From the IMG/VR virus record IMGVR_UViG_3300032327_000172, positions 1 to 37,661 of that record: DNA of 37,661 nt; one strand, given 5' to 3'. The notes beneath the pieces were generated by a model that was given only the letters and a program-made list of their open reading frames with translations, was not told the origin of the DNA and searched no databases. This DNA is from a virus (Duplodnaviria; Caudoviricetes). Both the position numbers and the translations under genes were made by a program. How positions within the stretch are numbered: position 1 is the first letter of the stretch; every line of letters starts with the position of its first letter. Shown one piece after another: positions 26,401-34,591 of this stretch.

Positions 26401-28335
26401 ATAGTTGATTATGGTACATTCTATAGTCCGGCAGCCGGATTCTTGACATCAGGTACGGTAGCACAAACTTATACGATAGGAACGACTGGTGGTAGTGTAA
26501 ACAATGCAATAAGTATCACATGGGATAGTGGTGGAACAGCAGTACCTACAATAACGACTGGTAGCTGGTTCGCTAACTTTAATCCAAGCGCAGCAGGCGC
26601 ATTCACGATTCTTGCTACTACTATTAACGTAGCTGGCTCTGTGACATTGAGTAGTGCTGGAACTTGGACAAACTGTTCGTTCAACTTGCGTGGCACTGGG
26701 ACTTTCAATAGTAATACTAAAAGCTGTGCTACACTAACTCTTAATAGTGTTGGAGCGTATAGTTTAGCTGGCGCAGCTATACTATGCGTAACCTATCAAC
26801 AGACAGCCGGTTCATTCTTCTGTGGTAATAGTTTAACTTGTAGTGGTACTGCTACTTTCAGTGGTGGTAGCTTTGGTATATCAAATGGTACATTAAGCTG
26901 TACGACATTTACAGTTAACGGTGGAACTCATGATTGGGCAGGTGGCAATGGAACATTAACGCCATCAGTTGGTATTGTTGTATCAGCAGGTTCATTCACA
27001 TACAGTACTGGTACGATAAGTGCGATAGCAGCATGGACTTTATCAGGTGGATCAATCACATTTGCAACTAATTACGCATTGACTGCGACTGGTACTTTTA
27101 CTCACACCGGTGGCAGTTTAATAATCAATCCAGGGGTTACCTTGACAACTGGTATTTATAGTGGAAGTAGTACTACTGCCCGTAGTATAGCGTTTGGTAA
27201 TACTGTCAGTGCAGGTAACATCTCACTAGCACATACGACAGCAGCTACTACCGTATTGTCTATGGCTGATCTTACAAATTTCTCATACACTGGAATTGGT
27301 GGATTCACTACAGCTATGAATATTACTAGAACTTTTATAACAGGTAGTACTGCTGGTGGTTCAGCTACTACTGCTCCTCCATTGGCTATTACCTCAGGTG
27401 CGGCAGTACCTCAACTTGGTAGTCCAACTCTCTATGTTTCTAGATTAAATTTTACTGGTAGTACTTGTTCACCAAATGGTGGTGTATTTGTTACTGGTGA
27501 TACTACCCTTGTAAGTAGTGTAAATTATAATTCTCTAACTCTGACCTATATAGGTAACGGAACACTTATTACCAATAATGCTGCGGCAGGCCCGGCAGGA
27601 TTAACCATTAACGGGGCAAATATTGTTTGTACGTTAAATGGATCATATACAACTAGTAGTATCGGGCTGACCCTTACACAAGGAACACTAGATGTAAAAG
27701 GATATACAGTAACGACACCTACATTCACTAGTACTGGAACGCTTACTAGAAGTATAGTTGGTAGCAATGGTACAGTTACTATCACTGGTTCAGGTCTTAC
27801 AGCATTCTCTAATGCTTCTGGTACAGGTTTAACAATGAGTGGTTTTACTATCAATATGAATAGTGCTGCTGCAAAAACATTTGCAGGTGGAGGAGGAACT
27901 TACTCAACATTAAATCAAGGCGGTGCCGGTGCATTGACTATATCCGGTTCTAATACTTTTGATAATATAACAAACACAGTTCAACCTTCTACTATAACAT
28001 TCACTGCTGGAACAACTCAAACTTTTAATAATTTCAATTTGCGTGGAATATCAGGAAGTTTAGTGACTGTTAACTCAAGTTCCGCAGGCACTCGTGCAAC
28101 ACTTCGAAAAGCTAGTGGCACGGTATATGGAGATTATCTATCTATCCAAGATATAAATGCGACCGGTGTAACCGGTCAGACCAATAGTGCTCCTACTTGG
28201 TACGCTGGTACAACCTCTACTAACGTGAGTAACAATTTGGGTTGGATATTCACGCAACTACCTATCGTTACAATGGGTAATGTATCCATCGATGCAAGTC
28301 AAGGTGGAATTACTATCGGTGATCAACCCGTTTAA
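20488..28335 (+). CDS. giant T/G/S-rich repetitive beta-solenoid protein, probable tail fibre/adhesin
   Basis: 2615 aa with very few charged residues; RYWVGGTGTW..NWS..SGG block present twice (second KYWSFAAGG..AWALTSGG); recurring GTL.LNG..L....F.S....R.I.FG unit. Confidence 0.75.
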   Translation: MAISFVAAGTVVTATNPVVTPPVGYQDRDLLVLVISGTTTTPGSVTGIWTRIAAQGASQFVTIYVGFALGTVQNAVVTVGNGQSTAVMLAYRGVSASDVISTFSTATAATSLATNTFTTTYANEYVISVYAGNQVVGTWTAPASTTSRVNFSPTSTVNGLLVVDESQTSAGLTTARTATITASHNLSAVAFSIIPSGRYWVGGTGTWSTATTNWSFSSGGASGAPAPGVADPVFFDQSATYTVTMTGALTCFDITTSAGVVTFTSTGTLAVSGSMSLLASTIWSATGLITFNAVSARTVTTNGVVINSSITFQGGTVTIGSGTWSLGSALTTVNTATTTLSFGILTLNGFDLTTGIFSSNNTSTRTLNYGTSNIYLTHPTAGTTVLDMATLTSCTTTGTAGSFGFILDSSVNRTLSYGSTAAGVTANPQPKLTVTSPGSATITITATSIFQEFDFSTSGATITGGASIRQSLTLSATGTYNTLNVQAKGAGSSTTVPAVWTTNGRSLGAVSMGLALTLGPHYQYMNDDLRCTSFTMTSGQWDFSNQPSGVTGPFSIICSGAISITSLGTLTSLTDLYGNLPASFSCTTWTDSGTLSLVNSSITASTSFTQTSGAFTLPTTGTVTTPAFTQTAGTVSLSTALTLTDTYTLTAGTLTLNGVDLTAAIFSSQNTNVRSIVFGTNNINLVSSTAGQTALNLGYTNFTWTGTGVFNTTMNVTKTFTATTTPTLTSAIKLLITSGSAAATFTAGCWFDTLNFSGYSGTASGTINIKNMTLSSGGTYTSIVLTTYGTGSYNGNGNTTGVGALTIGVATPNPTVTTLSSNFSCTTYTQSVATATFDLNSFALTCSSTATYNAGTLTMNSGTINCTTFTTGTNFTLNSGTINPSVSIVVNNGAPSAVFTYSPGGTLGATPAFTLQSGTAVFNQDYALTQSGTFTFSQVAASGVLTLNNVTLSTGGFNRTVSGANTINFGTSGQILLTGNNMNVWNVTNAVITTTGTVAINSTYTGSVGTRTFSFYVVPQFSIAIGSPGTGFNMYLASGATDTVTLLGGLNSVDLTGMTFTYLPGAMTVNSTTFIIPATGGSVSASTGLLEFAATTGVTTNISIGRAIDNPILMSGLGTYLLNSNLTTGSTRTTTFSNGTFRLNNYVVTTGLFVSTLANARTIAFGTGYFNVTGTGTIWNTGTITGPLTITGIPVVNVTSTGSTAITVASGALPEAQAISFNFTGGTYALTFLGTAGYTAKSVDFTGFAGSWTLSTDNTIYGNWKYSTGMTVTTAPNTLVFGASVGNTQTMTSNGKTTNTIKLTGGGIVSLTDPLTLSSDVIVEAGTFQTNNYDVSCFQFSSYTTTTTRAINLGSSTITMSGTFHVITTGLTFNAGTSTINYTGFNDVLVDNGSTNGLTFYNFIYTGTGSTSKSMTGKNTFNNLTLFTDTSGGANGGYVITNDIVVNGNFTIPVPTGTTYVSRFTLTSATVGTQVKITVNGNISPLSYVNFRDINAQGKWLPWTGTLLGNIGNNNNISFRPGVNKYWSFAAGGSITSIAWALTSGGSPSSANFPLPQDTIVIDNNGLNTSASISMGTDFYFTTINMAGRTNAFTLSTGSGTNIYCSGDWINGSGLTSVTGVGGRLRFGNSLPGYVQSITSAGKLMTPQVYINTNGIVQLSDNFDQDSLVGLQGFELTAGTLTLNGFNLNTAQFNSSLTNVRAINFGSTFINLTHTTAGTTVLSMNNATNFSATGTGGFRANMSVTRSFDCGSGGVPTVAPNLFIFSGGSIPTISSGSYFNTIDFTGSTCTPAVTTVNIIGLVLASGGTYTNLSLNARGNGTLTFNAKTVVAVTVLSGSPQISGTCACTTFTVNGGTLTAWGGTIAPSGSFVVTSGNVFLSNGGTLTVTTITQNGGGVYLTASFTMTAGTSTYTFNAGTLSIYNTGSNQVLSVGRFISNGTGVRFLQIYGQIRLTNTTAAAVAVDMANTTNLIVDYGTFYSPAAGFLTSGTVAQTYTIGTTGGSVNNAISITWDSGGTAVPTITTGSWFANFNPSAAGAFTILATTINVAGSVTLSSAGTWTNCSFNLRGTGTFNSNTKSCATLTLNSVGAYSLAGAAILCVTYQQTAGSFFCGNSLTCSGTATFSGGSFGISNGTLSCTTFTVNGGTHDWAGGNGTLTPSVGIVVSAGSFTYSTGTISAIAAWTLSGGSITFATNYALTATGTFTHTGGSLIINPGVTLTTGIYSGSSTTARSIAFGNTVSAGNISLAHTTAATTVLSMADLTNFSYTGIGGFTTAMNITRTFITGSTAGGSATTAPPLAITSGAAVPQLGSPTLYVSRLNFTGSTCSPNGGVFVTGDTTLVSSVNYNSLTLTYIGNGTLITNNAAAGPAGLTINGANIVCTLNGSYTTSSIGLTLTQGTLDVKGYTVTTPTFTSTGTLTRSIVGSNGTVTITGSGLTAFSNASGTGLTMSGFTINMNSAAAKTFAGGGGTYSTLNQGGAGALTISGSNTFDNITNTVQPSTITFTAGTTQTFNNFNLRGISGSLVTVNSSSAGTRATLRKASGTVYGDYLSIQDINATGVTGQTNSAPTWYAGTTSTNVSNNLGWIFTQLPIVTMGNVSIDASQGGITIGDQPV

Positions 28336-28336
28336 C

Positions 28337-28343
28337 ATAAATA
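28337..28343 (+). promoter_or_regulatory. late promoter ATAAATA (leaderless)
   Basis: ATAAATA-aaat-ATG(28348). Confidence 0.55.
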
Positions 28344-28347
28344 AAAT

Positions 28348-28671
28348 ATGAAACACTTAACCTTAATACTACTAAGCCTGTCCTTCCTGCCCGTTTATGC
28401 ACAAGATAAACCCGATGAAATTGTAAACATCGCCATAGAATGTTACAATACTATGAAAGTATTCACAGAGTTACAGAAAACTTATAAAGAGTTACCCATT
28501 ATCTTAGGTAAAGCTAGTGATAAAGCAGGTTCTACTATGACATTGTGGATGAGTCCAAAAGAGAAAACTTGGACAATCGTGGCAACTAAAGATAAACTTA
28601 GTTGCATTGTTGGTTCAGGGACTGATGCTGAATTCTCACCAGTCTTTTTGAAAAAGAAAGATACATTTTAA
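28348..28671 (+). CDS. secreted hypothetical protein
   Basis: Signal peptide ending VYA; two Cys. Confidence 0.7.
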   Translation: MKHLTLILLSLSFLPVYAQDKPDEIVNIAIECYNTMKVFTELQKTYKELPIILGKASDKAGSTMTLWMSPKEKTWTIVATKDKLSCIVGSGTDAEFSPVFLKKKDTF

Positions 28672-29406
28672 TTGAAAAAATATATTGCACCACTACTGTT
28701 ATGTGCTACATTTTGTGCTATAGCAGGACCCAATCTAACTGCTCAAGCATGGTTGGTGGCCGATGATAATGGACTTATACTGGAAGGTTCACATACTACT
28801 GATGTTCGTTCTATCGCTAGCATAACCAAACTAATGACTAGCATCGTTGTATTAGATAGTGGTCAATCATTAAGTGAAACAATACCTAAAAAACTATACA
28901 ACAGAACATTCACTAGAAAAGAATTATTCAATCTAGCAATAGTTAAATCGGATAACAATGCTGCTAGAATGCTATGCGAATACTATCCCGGTGGTATGTT
29001 TAGATGTGTCCAAGCAATGAACAACAAAGCTAATGAATTGGGAATGTATAATACTCATTTTACTGATCCAACTGGATTACTTACTACCAATGTAAGCACA
29101 GCAGAAGATTTAGTTAAGTTAGTGATGGCAGCAAAGAATTACTCAACTATCACTAACGCAAGCAATACCCCTGCAATCTCTTGGCAAGTAAACAAAACAA
29201 GATATGCTATCTTTCACAACACCAATACCCTAGTTGGCAAAGGTATTGACTTTATAGTAAGTAAAACAGGATGGATCAATGCCAGCGGTGGATGCATCGT
29301 TATGATGCTACACGGTGATCAAGGAGTTAGGACAGTAGTATTACTGGGCAGCAAGAATACACATACACGCATACCAGAAGCGTATATGGTATCTCAACTA
29401 CATTAA
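28672..29406 (+). CDS. D-alanyl-D-alanine carboxy/endopeptidase (peptidase S11, PBP7-like)
   Basis: Signal peptide; SxxK (ASITKLM), SxN (SDN) and KTG motifs. Confidence 0.9.
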   Translation: MKKYIAPLLLCATFCAIAGPNLTAQAWLVADDNGLILEGSHTTDVRSIASITKLMTSIVVLDSGQSLSETIPKKLYNRTFTRKELFNLAIVKSDNNAARMLCEYYPGGMFRCVQAMNNKANELGMYNTHFTDPTGLLTTNVSTAEDLVKLVMAAKNYSTITNASNTPAISWQVNKTRYAIFHNTNTLVGKGIDFIVSKTGWINASGGCIVMMLHGDQGVRTVVLLGSKNTHTRIPEAYMVSQLH

Positions 29407-29648
29407 CGTTTTTTAGGCATATAATCTACTCCTATAATAGGAGTAAAATCTTTAGTAAGATTGTTAATCATATCATCACCGTACTTCAATGTAATGAGGC
29501 TGAAGTTTTGCTCATTGCCTTCTTTTTGAATACCAATCAACAGATGCTGATGCCATTTGATTTTAGTAGCAATAATCTTTTTGACACTAGTATCAGCTAA
29601 TATATCATCAAAGTTATTTGATTCACGGTAAAAGGTATAGTATTTCAT
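29403..29648 (-). CDS. hypothetical protein
   Basis: Probable start MKYYTF with ATGA overlap. Confidence 0.55.
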   Translation of the reverse strand: MKYYTFYRESNNFDDILADTSVKKIIATKIKWHQHLLIGIQKEGNEQNFSLITLKYGDDMINNLTKDFTPIIGVDYMPKKR

Positions 29649-29854
29649 TGTTTCCATAATACAAAAGCTGTATAGTCTCGTTCTTCTTCAAAGTAAAATT
29701 CATACATGCCACCATCACGTCCTGCAGGCACGACACAATCATATCCCCATTGACCAACACAATTGCGTTCTAACCAACCAATCATTGGTTTTAGACTGCC
29801 ATAATCGATAATGATTTCAGCTTTGAGGTTCGTATTTAATAACACTAACACCAC
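29645..29854 (-). CDS. hypothetical protein (start uncertain)
   Basis: W..NC.G.W...F.F....D..AF.LW pattern seen in small phage proteins. Confidence 0.55.
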   Translation of the reverse strand: MVLVLLNTNLKAEIIIDYGSLKPMIGWLERNCVGQWGYDCVVPAGRDGGMYEFYFEEERDYTAFVLWKQ

Positions 29855-30266
29855 TACTTTCTAGGAAAGTTATTCCTGCGGTATCTCTATATGTATCTCT
29901 ATAGTATAAACTATTGATACCACTTTGATAAATCAGTTTAGCACAATTGATACACGGGGCATGAGTACAAAACATTGTCGCTCCCTCGCTAGATTCTGTG
30001 CTTGCGGACACTTTAGCAATTGCGTTAGTTTCAGAGTGTAATACTTCTTGTTTAGTCACAAGTTGTTTAATAAACTTTTCATCCAATTCAACTATCTCAG
30101 TTGTCTCGCATTCATTATCCCATCCACTTGGCATACCATTGTATCCAGTAGCAAGTATTTTGTTACCTTTGACAATTACAGAACCAACTTGTAATCGTTT
30201 AGCATAACTCAATGTGCTAGTAAGTTCTGCTACCTTCATGTAATAATCAATAAATTTCTGTTTCAT
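29817..30266 (-). CDS. dCMP deaminase (ComEB-like)
   Basis: RLQVG, GYNG, HSETNAI and APCINC zinc-deaminase motifs. Confidence 0.9.
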   Translation of the reverse strand: MKQKFIDYYMKVAELTSTLSYAKRLQVGSVIVKGNKILATGYNGMPSGWDNECETTEIVELDEKFIKQLVTKQEVLHSETNAIAKVSASTESSEGATMFCTHAPCINCAKLIYQSGINSLYYRDTYRDTAGITFLESSGVSVIKYEPQS

Positions 30267-30502
30267 TTTACATAGAATTTTCTAATATGTTCTGTTGCAG
30301 CCTTGTTGCTTAATATACTTAGCACATGATTTGTCTCATCAAACTTTTTGCAAAATTCTTCACCTAACTTAGTATTTCCTTTTATTTCTTCAAACAGAAA
30401 CCCTTTAATAAAATCATCAAATTCTTTTTTGGTAATGTAATGATATCTATTACTCTTGCGTAATGGTTGTGCTTCTAATTGTTTTGCTATTTGGTCAAAC
30501 AT
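30263..30502 (-). CDS. hypothetical protein
   Basis: 79-aa ORF in a packed operon. Confidence 0.6.
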   Translation of the reverse strand: MFDQIAKQLEAQPLRKSNRYHYITKKEFDDFIKGFLFEEIKGNTKLGEEFCKKFDETNHVLSILSNKAATEHIRKFYVK

Positions 30503-30503
30503 A

Positions 30504-31034
30504 TCAATCCCACATGCTACGAAAATACTTACCGAACAATTCTAATCCTTCTTGTATTCTTTCATCATGTTTTTGATGCCCAACACTATCGTACCAATGT
30601 TCATCGGGATTCTTGTCTACCATTTTGTATGTTGCTTCCATCACACCAGTGACTGGATTAGGATATTTTTTATTAGTCTTGATCCAATCATACTCAGCTT
30701 TACCATGATGATATTGGTCGTCATAGTCACCTTTGATTAATTGCTCAAAGGACCATATCATCTTGTCTAATGTCTCGTCCCAGCGTTCTAGTCCTTGTTT
30801 CCATTCATCATCATATGCCTCTTGATAGAAATCAAAAGTTTCTTGATTGCTAGCAGGTTCAACGGCAAACTCATTAGGCACACCTTGCTTAGTAGCCTTG
30901 AGTTGCAATAATGCTGGATAGATGATTAGTGCTAGTGTGTTATCTAGTGACCAAGTATCGTAGTCATCAATTTGTACATCAATCTTTCTACGACCGTTAG
31001 CTTTTTTTGGATACTTACCGATGTTTATTTTCAT
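30504..31034 (-). CDS. hypothetical phage protein
   Basis: DTWSLD.TLA.II.P.L..LK and GL.LFGKYF..WD blocks, which I recall from T4-like phages. Confidence 0.7.
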   Translation of the reverse strand: MKINIGKYPKKANGRRKIDVQIDDYDTWSLDNTLALIIYPALLQLKATKQGVPNEFAVEPASNQETFDFYQEAYDDEWKQGLERWDETLDKMIWSFEQLIKGDYDDQYHHGKAEYDWIKTNKKYPNPVTGVMEATYKMVDKNPDEHWYDSVGHQKHDERIQEGLELFGKYFRSMWD

Positions 31035-31036
31035 AG

Positions 31037-31231
31037 TTAACAGTCAATATCAACGTTACGACCTTTAGGTAAACTCAATCTTTTGTTTCTTTGAATGCGT
31101 GTCTCTTCCATAACAGCAGTCTCAAGTGCTTTCAAATGGTGCTTGTGATTTTCTTGTTGATACTGTTTGATAGCCGCAAGGTGACGGACTTGAAAAGTCT
31201 TTTCTTGTTCCGTTACCTTATTTACCTTCAT
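31037..31231 (-). CDS. hypothetical protein
   Basis: 64 aa ending KGRNVDIDC. Confidence 0.55.
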   Translation of the reverse strand: MKVNKVTEQEKTFQVRHLAAIKQYQQENHKHHLKALETAVMEETRIQRNKRLSLPKGRNVDIDC

Positions 31232-31578
31232 AATGTTGTTTTTACTTTCCCGTCAACAAACCAAACTACTTCTTTATCATACGTAACACCTGCAATCTCT
31301 GCATTATCTTTTGCGATTACTGCAAGTTCTTCTAGTGACTTACCTTGACCAATAAACTTATTACTGGTATGCTCATATAGATAAAACAATTCATTAATCT
31401 TTTCAATAAAATACTTCTTAACATGAATCACTTCAGCTTTTTCCTCTTCCTCAATATCTACCCCAGCTTCTTCTAATGCTTTGTATAAACGGTATAATGT
31501 ATATCGTGTACCAAAATAAGCTCCTGCTAAAAATATAGTCAATGACTGTAGTAGATAGATGATTGTAGAGATTTCCAT
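31228..31578 (-). CDS. membrane-anchored hypothetical protein
   Basis: N-terminal TM helix; ATAAATA (31584-31590) 5 nt before the ATG. Confidence 0.6.
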   Translation of the reverse strand: MEISTIIYLLQSLTIFLAGAYFGTRYTLYRLYKALEEAGVDIEEEEKAEVIHVKKYFIEKINELFYLYEHTSNKFIGQGKSLEELAVIAKDNAEIAGVTYDKEVVWFVDGKVKTTL

Positions 31579-31582
31579 AATA

Positions 31583-31864
31583 TTATTTATTAATAGTTAA
31601 ATTAGACCATTTTTTCAACTTGTGAAACTTATTTAGTTTAGCCTCGTTGATTCCTTTGATTGTGACACCAACATTCATATCTGTCAATAGTTCAACCATA
31701 GCAAACAAATCACCGATTTCTTCTTCAAGCATATTTATGTTAGTTCTGACTTTTCCCGGTTTCATTTGATCAGGACCAAAACGCATACACTTACTAACTG
31801 CTTGAGTTACCTCAGCACATTCTTCTTGTAATATCAGTAATACTTCTTTGGTTTGTTCATTCAT
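31583..31864 (-). CDS. MazG-like nucleotide pyrophosphohydrolase
   Basis: Start revised to MNEQTKE (TAATG overlap); EECAE...EEEIGD (ExxE...ExxD) motif. Confidence 0.7.
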   Translation of the reverse strand: MNEQTKEVLLILQEECAEVTQAVSKCMRFGPDQMKPGKVRTNINMLEEEIGDLFAMVELLTDMNVGVTIKGINEAKLNKFHKLKKWSNLTINK

Positions 31865-32082
31865 TATTTGTTCCATTGTGTATTCAATACTGAAACGACA
31901 TAATCGGTTGGTTCTGATACTTCCCATGTGCCATGTGGTGGACAGAAAACAAAAGTAACATCTTCAATTTCTCCACTGTCTCTCTGTACAGGTGCTGTAT
32001 GAATCGATTGAATCAGATCACTATTAAGTGCGATTTTAGTTCCGCGAAAAGCTGGGTTTGCGTTAGTTAGTGTAATGTACAT
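31864..32082 (-). CDS. hypothetical protein, weakly FlbD-like
   Basis: MYITLT.....KIALNSDLIQSI pattern; AGGA SD. Confidence 0.5.
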   Translation of the reverse strand: MYITLTNANPAFRGTKIALNSDLIQSIHTAPVQRDSGEIEDVTFVFCPPHGTWEVSEPTDYVVSVLNTQWNK

Positions 32083-32091
32083 TTTGTTTCC

Positions 32092-32553
32092 TTAGTTTGT
32101 TTTTACGTTTTTTAGATACGTCTCGTTATGTATCCATTTGTTATTCAATAAGAATCCCCAATCACGTTTTTGAGGACCCATAAAAAATAGTGTATAAGCA
32201 GGTTTGTTATTATCCAGTTCTAGCCAATGATAATCACTTGATGTACGCATGATAATACTTCCAGGACCGCGCCATATTTTGTTCTCACCCACTACTTCTT
32301 TTGTGAATGGATTGATACATGGGGTATGCTCATAGTAACCACCACTGAGTATGATTGTCATAAAAGACCAAGGGTGATCGTGCATGATTGGATCATCACT
32401 ACGCACAATTTTGTGTAGGGTCACATTAAAGGGGAACCATTTACGGTCTTTGAGAAAGATATAATACCGATGCATATAGTCTGCACCAGTAGTACGATCT
32501 GGGATTAACCTGTAGCGACCTAGTTTGTTCATAACCTTATGAAATATGTTCAT
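32092..32553 (-). CDS. cupin-fold protein
   Basis: HDHPWSF.TIILSGGYYE metal motif plus a downstream His. Confidence 0.7.
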   Translation of the reverse strand: MNIFHKVMNKLGRYRLIPDRTTGADYMHRYYIFLKDRKWFPFNVTLHKIVRSDDPIMHDHPWSFMTIILSGGYYEHTPCINPFTKEVVGENKIWRGPGSIIMRTSSDYHWLELDNNKPAYTLFFMGPQKRDWGFLLNNKWIHNETYLKNVKTN

Positions 32554-32576
32554 GTAACTCCTAGTATAAAATAATT

Positions 32577-32597
32577 AACGGGCTTGAGGTGCCCGTT
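32577..32597 (-). terminator. putative intrinsic terminator
   Basis: AACGGGC/GCCCGTT 7-bp stem followed on the minus strand by AATTATTTT. Confidence 0.55.
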
Positions 32598-32615
32598 GAA
32601 CCTAGCTAGTCAATA

Positions 32616-32873
32616 TTAAACTAGACCAAGAGCCATTGCCTTGTAACCAGCGGCTACGATTTCACGGCTTGGGCGACCCAAACGGTACTTAGTAGAAACT
32701 CGACCTTTGGTATCGGTATGCTTGTTTGCATATACAGCAAAACCTGCATAACGCAAATCGCTAACAGTAGCGGTTGGGTTCTTTACGCCGAAACGTGCAG
32801 CAATTTGCTTTGCAGTAAGTTGTTCACCTGATTGTAGTGCCTCTAGTACACGGGCTTGTTTAGTTAAAGTCAT
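32616..32873 (-). CDS. winged helix-turn-helix DNA-binding protein
   Basis: Start revised to MTLTKQ (AAGGAA SD); LTAKQIAARFGV....VSDLR..GF HTH. Confidence 0.7.
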   Translation of the reverse strand: MTLTKQARVLEALQSGEQLTAKQIAARFGVKNPTATVSDLRYAGFAVYANKHTDTKGRVSTKYRLGRPSREIVAAGYKAMALGLV

Positions 32874-32919
32874 TTTGTTTTCCTTATTAAATGATTCACC
32901 GTTGTTACGATGTACAACT

Positions 32920-32948
32920 ATTATACGATAATATCTGTTCTTATGCAA
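32920..32948 (-). promoter_or_regulatory. sigma70-type promoter
   Basis: TTGCAT-17nt-TATAAT. Confidence 0.65.
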
Positions 32949-32983
32949 GAAGTATTGGACATATTGTTGCCCATATGACATAG

Positions 32984-33826
32984 TTAGATGTCCAAAAACT
33001 TTACTTCAAACACATCGGCTTGTTCATCATGTCCCGCATAACCACGAGGATTGCAAACCACGCGGGTTTCACCAACCATGTAGTCAACAGGATCGTGCAT
33101 ATGACCATGAGTCCATAATACAATCTGTGGATGATCCAAAATGAATTCACTCAAGTCGCTAGCATAGCCGCCGTTCATCAGTTTGTCATTACGATATTTT
33201 TCATGCACACTATTAAATGTGGGTGCATGATGCCCTACAACAACAACCTTGCTATCTTTTCTATCAGCTAATACTGTTTTGATATAATTGACCGTTTGTT
33301 GATGGCGATGCATTGAATGAGCAGGGCGCAACTTAGTAAAACCGTGTTCATCATTACGAATGATTCTGTAATCATTCATCATATCACCCAATGTATGTAA
33401 TGTGAGTGGATCACCTTTATTGCAATCAGTCCACAACGTTGCACCAATGAATGTTACATCATTAATGACCTTGAGTTCTTGCTCAAGGAAATAGATGTTT
33501 GGAAACTTACTGTATTCATCACGCAAATATTGAATGCTAGCTTTCCAATTACCATGATAGAATTCGTGATTGCCTGCAATTACCACAACATGCGGGAATT
33601 GAAAACTACAACGCTTGATAAAGTCACGGAATCGTTGTGCCGATAGTTGTCTGCGACCCAAGTTAGGGATGTTTGTAGGGTCCATTGGATGCACTTCAGG
33701 ATGATTGTGCATATCCTCAGCGACAAGGATATCGCCAGACAATATCAATACATCCGCATTCTCTGTATTCTGGATATTGATATCTTGGAACTCTAAGTGT
33801 AAATCACTACATAGTGCTATTTTCAT
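32984..33826 (-). CDS. calcineurin-like metallophosphoesterase
   Basis: Start revised to MKIAL; SDLH, GD, GNHE, HHAP and HGHMH motifs. Confidence 0.88.
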   Translation of the reverse strand: MKIALCSDLHLEFQDINIQNTENADVLILSGDILVAEDMHNHPEVHPMDPTNIPNLGRRQLSAQRFRDFIKRCSFQFPHVVVIAGNHEFYHGNWKASIQYLRDEYSKFPNIYFLEQELKVINDVTFIGATLWTDCNKGDPLTLHTLGDMMNDYRIIRNDEHGFTKLRPAHSMHRHQQTVNYIKTVLADRKDSKVVVVGHHAPTFNSVHEKYRNDKLMNGGYASDLSEFILDHPQIVLWTHGHMHDPVDYMVGETRVVCNPRGYAGHDEQADVFEVKFLDI

Positions 33827-33831
33827 TTTAT

Positions 33832-34077
33832 TTAACCATGTTTTAAAACAAACCATACATCATCACAATTAGCATTAACTCGTATTTCAGTCAAAGTACG
33901 GTATTCACCACTAAATATGAATTCTGTATCGTAATTAAATTTGCTCTTTAAAAATTTTTTGATATTGGAATGATACTCAACTGTACTTCCAGGGTTTGTT
34001 ACTGGTCCGATTAATTTATAAAATGCATTTGTAACATTTTCATTTTTGGTAGGCCTAACCATGTCAATTATAATCAT
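33832..34077 (-). CDS. hypothetical protein
   Basis: Start revised to MIIIDM by ATGA overlap. Confidence 0.5.
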   Translation of the reverse strand: MIIIDMVRPTKNENVTNAFYKLIGPVTNPGSTVEYHSNIKKFLKSKFNYDTEFIFSGEYRTLTEIRVNANCDDVWFVLKHG

Positions 34078-34406
34078 ACTAATTCTGTTATATGTTTGCA
34101 AGTGCCACGGAAAGTGTATCCAGGGCAGGTGCATGACTTTTCTTCTGTGTCAATAGAATAGACCTGACCCTTGCTACCGGACACTTTGACTATTGTACTC
34201 TTTTCTTTGACCTTCTTGAAAGGATTCGGGTTAAGTGCTACAAACTTACGACCACGCTTATCAATAGTCAGTGGTGTTTTGAAATAGAGTGGCGTAGTAG
34301 AACCCTGCTTGATATACGCAAGTACCTTGGTACCATCAAGCAAGTATTTATGATTGGGCTGAACATCGCCCGACCATACTGTTGTTTCTACTACTGCTTC
34401 CATCAA
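34074..34406 (-). CDS. SWIM zinc-finger protein
   Basis: C-terminal CTCPGYTFRGTCKH (CxCx7CxH). Confidence 0.75.
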   Translation of the reverse strand: MMEAVVETTVWSGDVQPNHKYLLDGTKVLAYIKQGSTTPLYFKTPLTIDKRGRKFVALNPNPFKKVKEKSTIVKVSGSKGQVYSIDTEEKSCTCPGYTFRGTCKHITELV

Positions 34407-34591
34407 TCAACTCCAAAATGTTGTTCAATTGCCATTACTACACGTATGCTTTCGTCAGTCTTGCTATGCACAATGTCACAACATTCCCTCACAATCAACT
34501 CGGCGAACTTTTTAACATCAAATAAGGCATACGGCTCAGACTGGGTAGATTGCCAACACTGTTTTTCAAGTTCTTTAATTCGTTCGTTCAT
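34403..34591 (-). CDS. hypothetical phage protein
   Basis: MNERIKEL...KFAELIVREC...HFGV small phage protein pattern. Confidence 0.65.
   Translation of the reverse strand: MNERIKELEKQCWQSTQSEPYALFDVKKFAELIVRECCDIVHSKTDESIRVVMAIEQHFGVD

Noticed and set aside
20886-27854. Minus-strand Val/Pro-rich ORFs inside the giant gene (and plus-strand ones at 13484-14326)
   Set aside because: Antisense shadows of Thr/Gly-rich codons, with no RBS or promoter.
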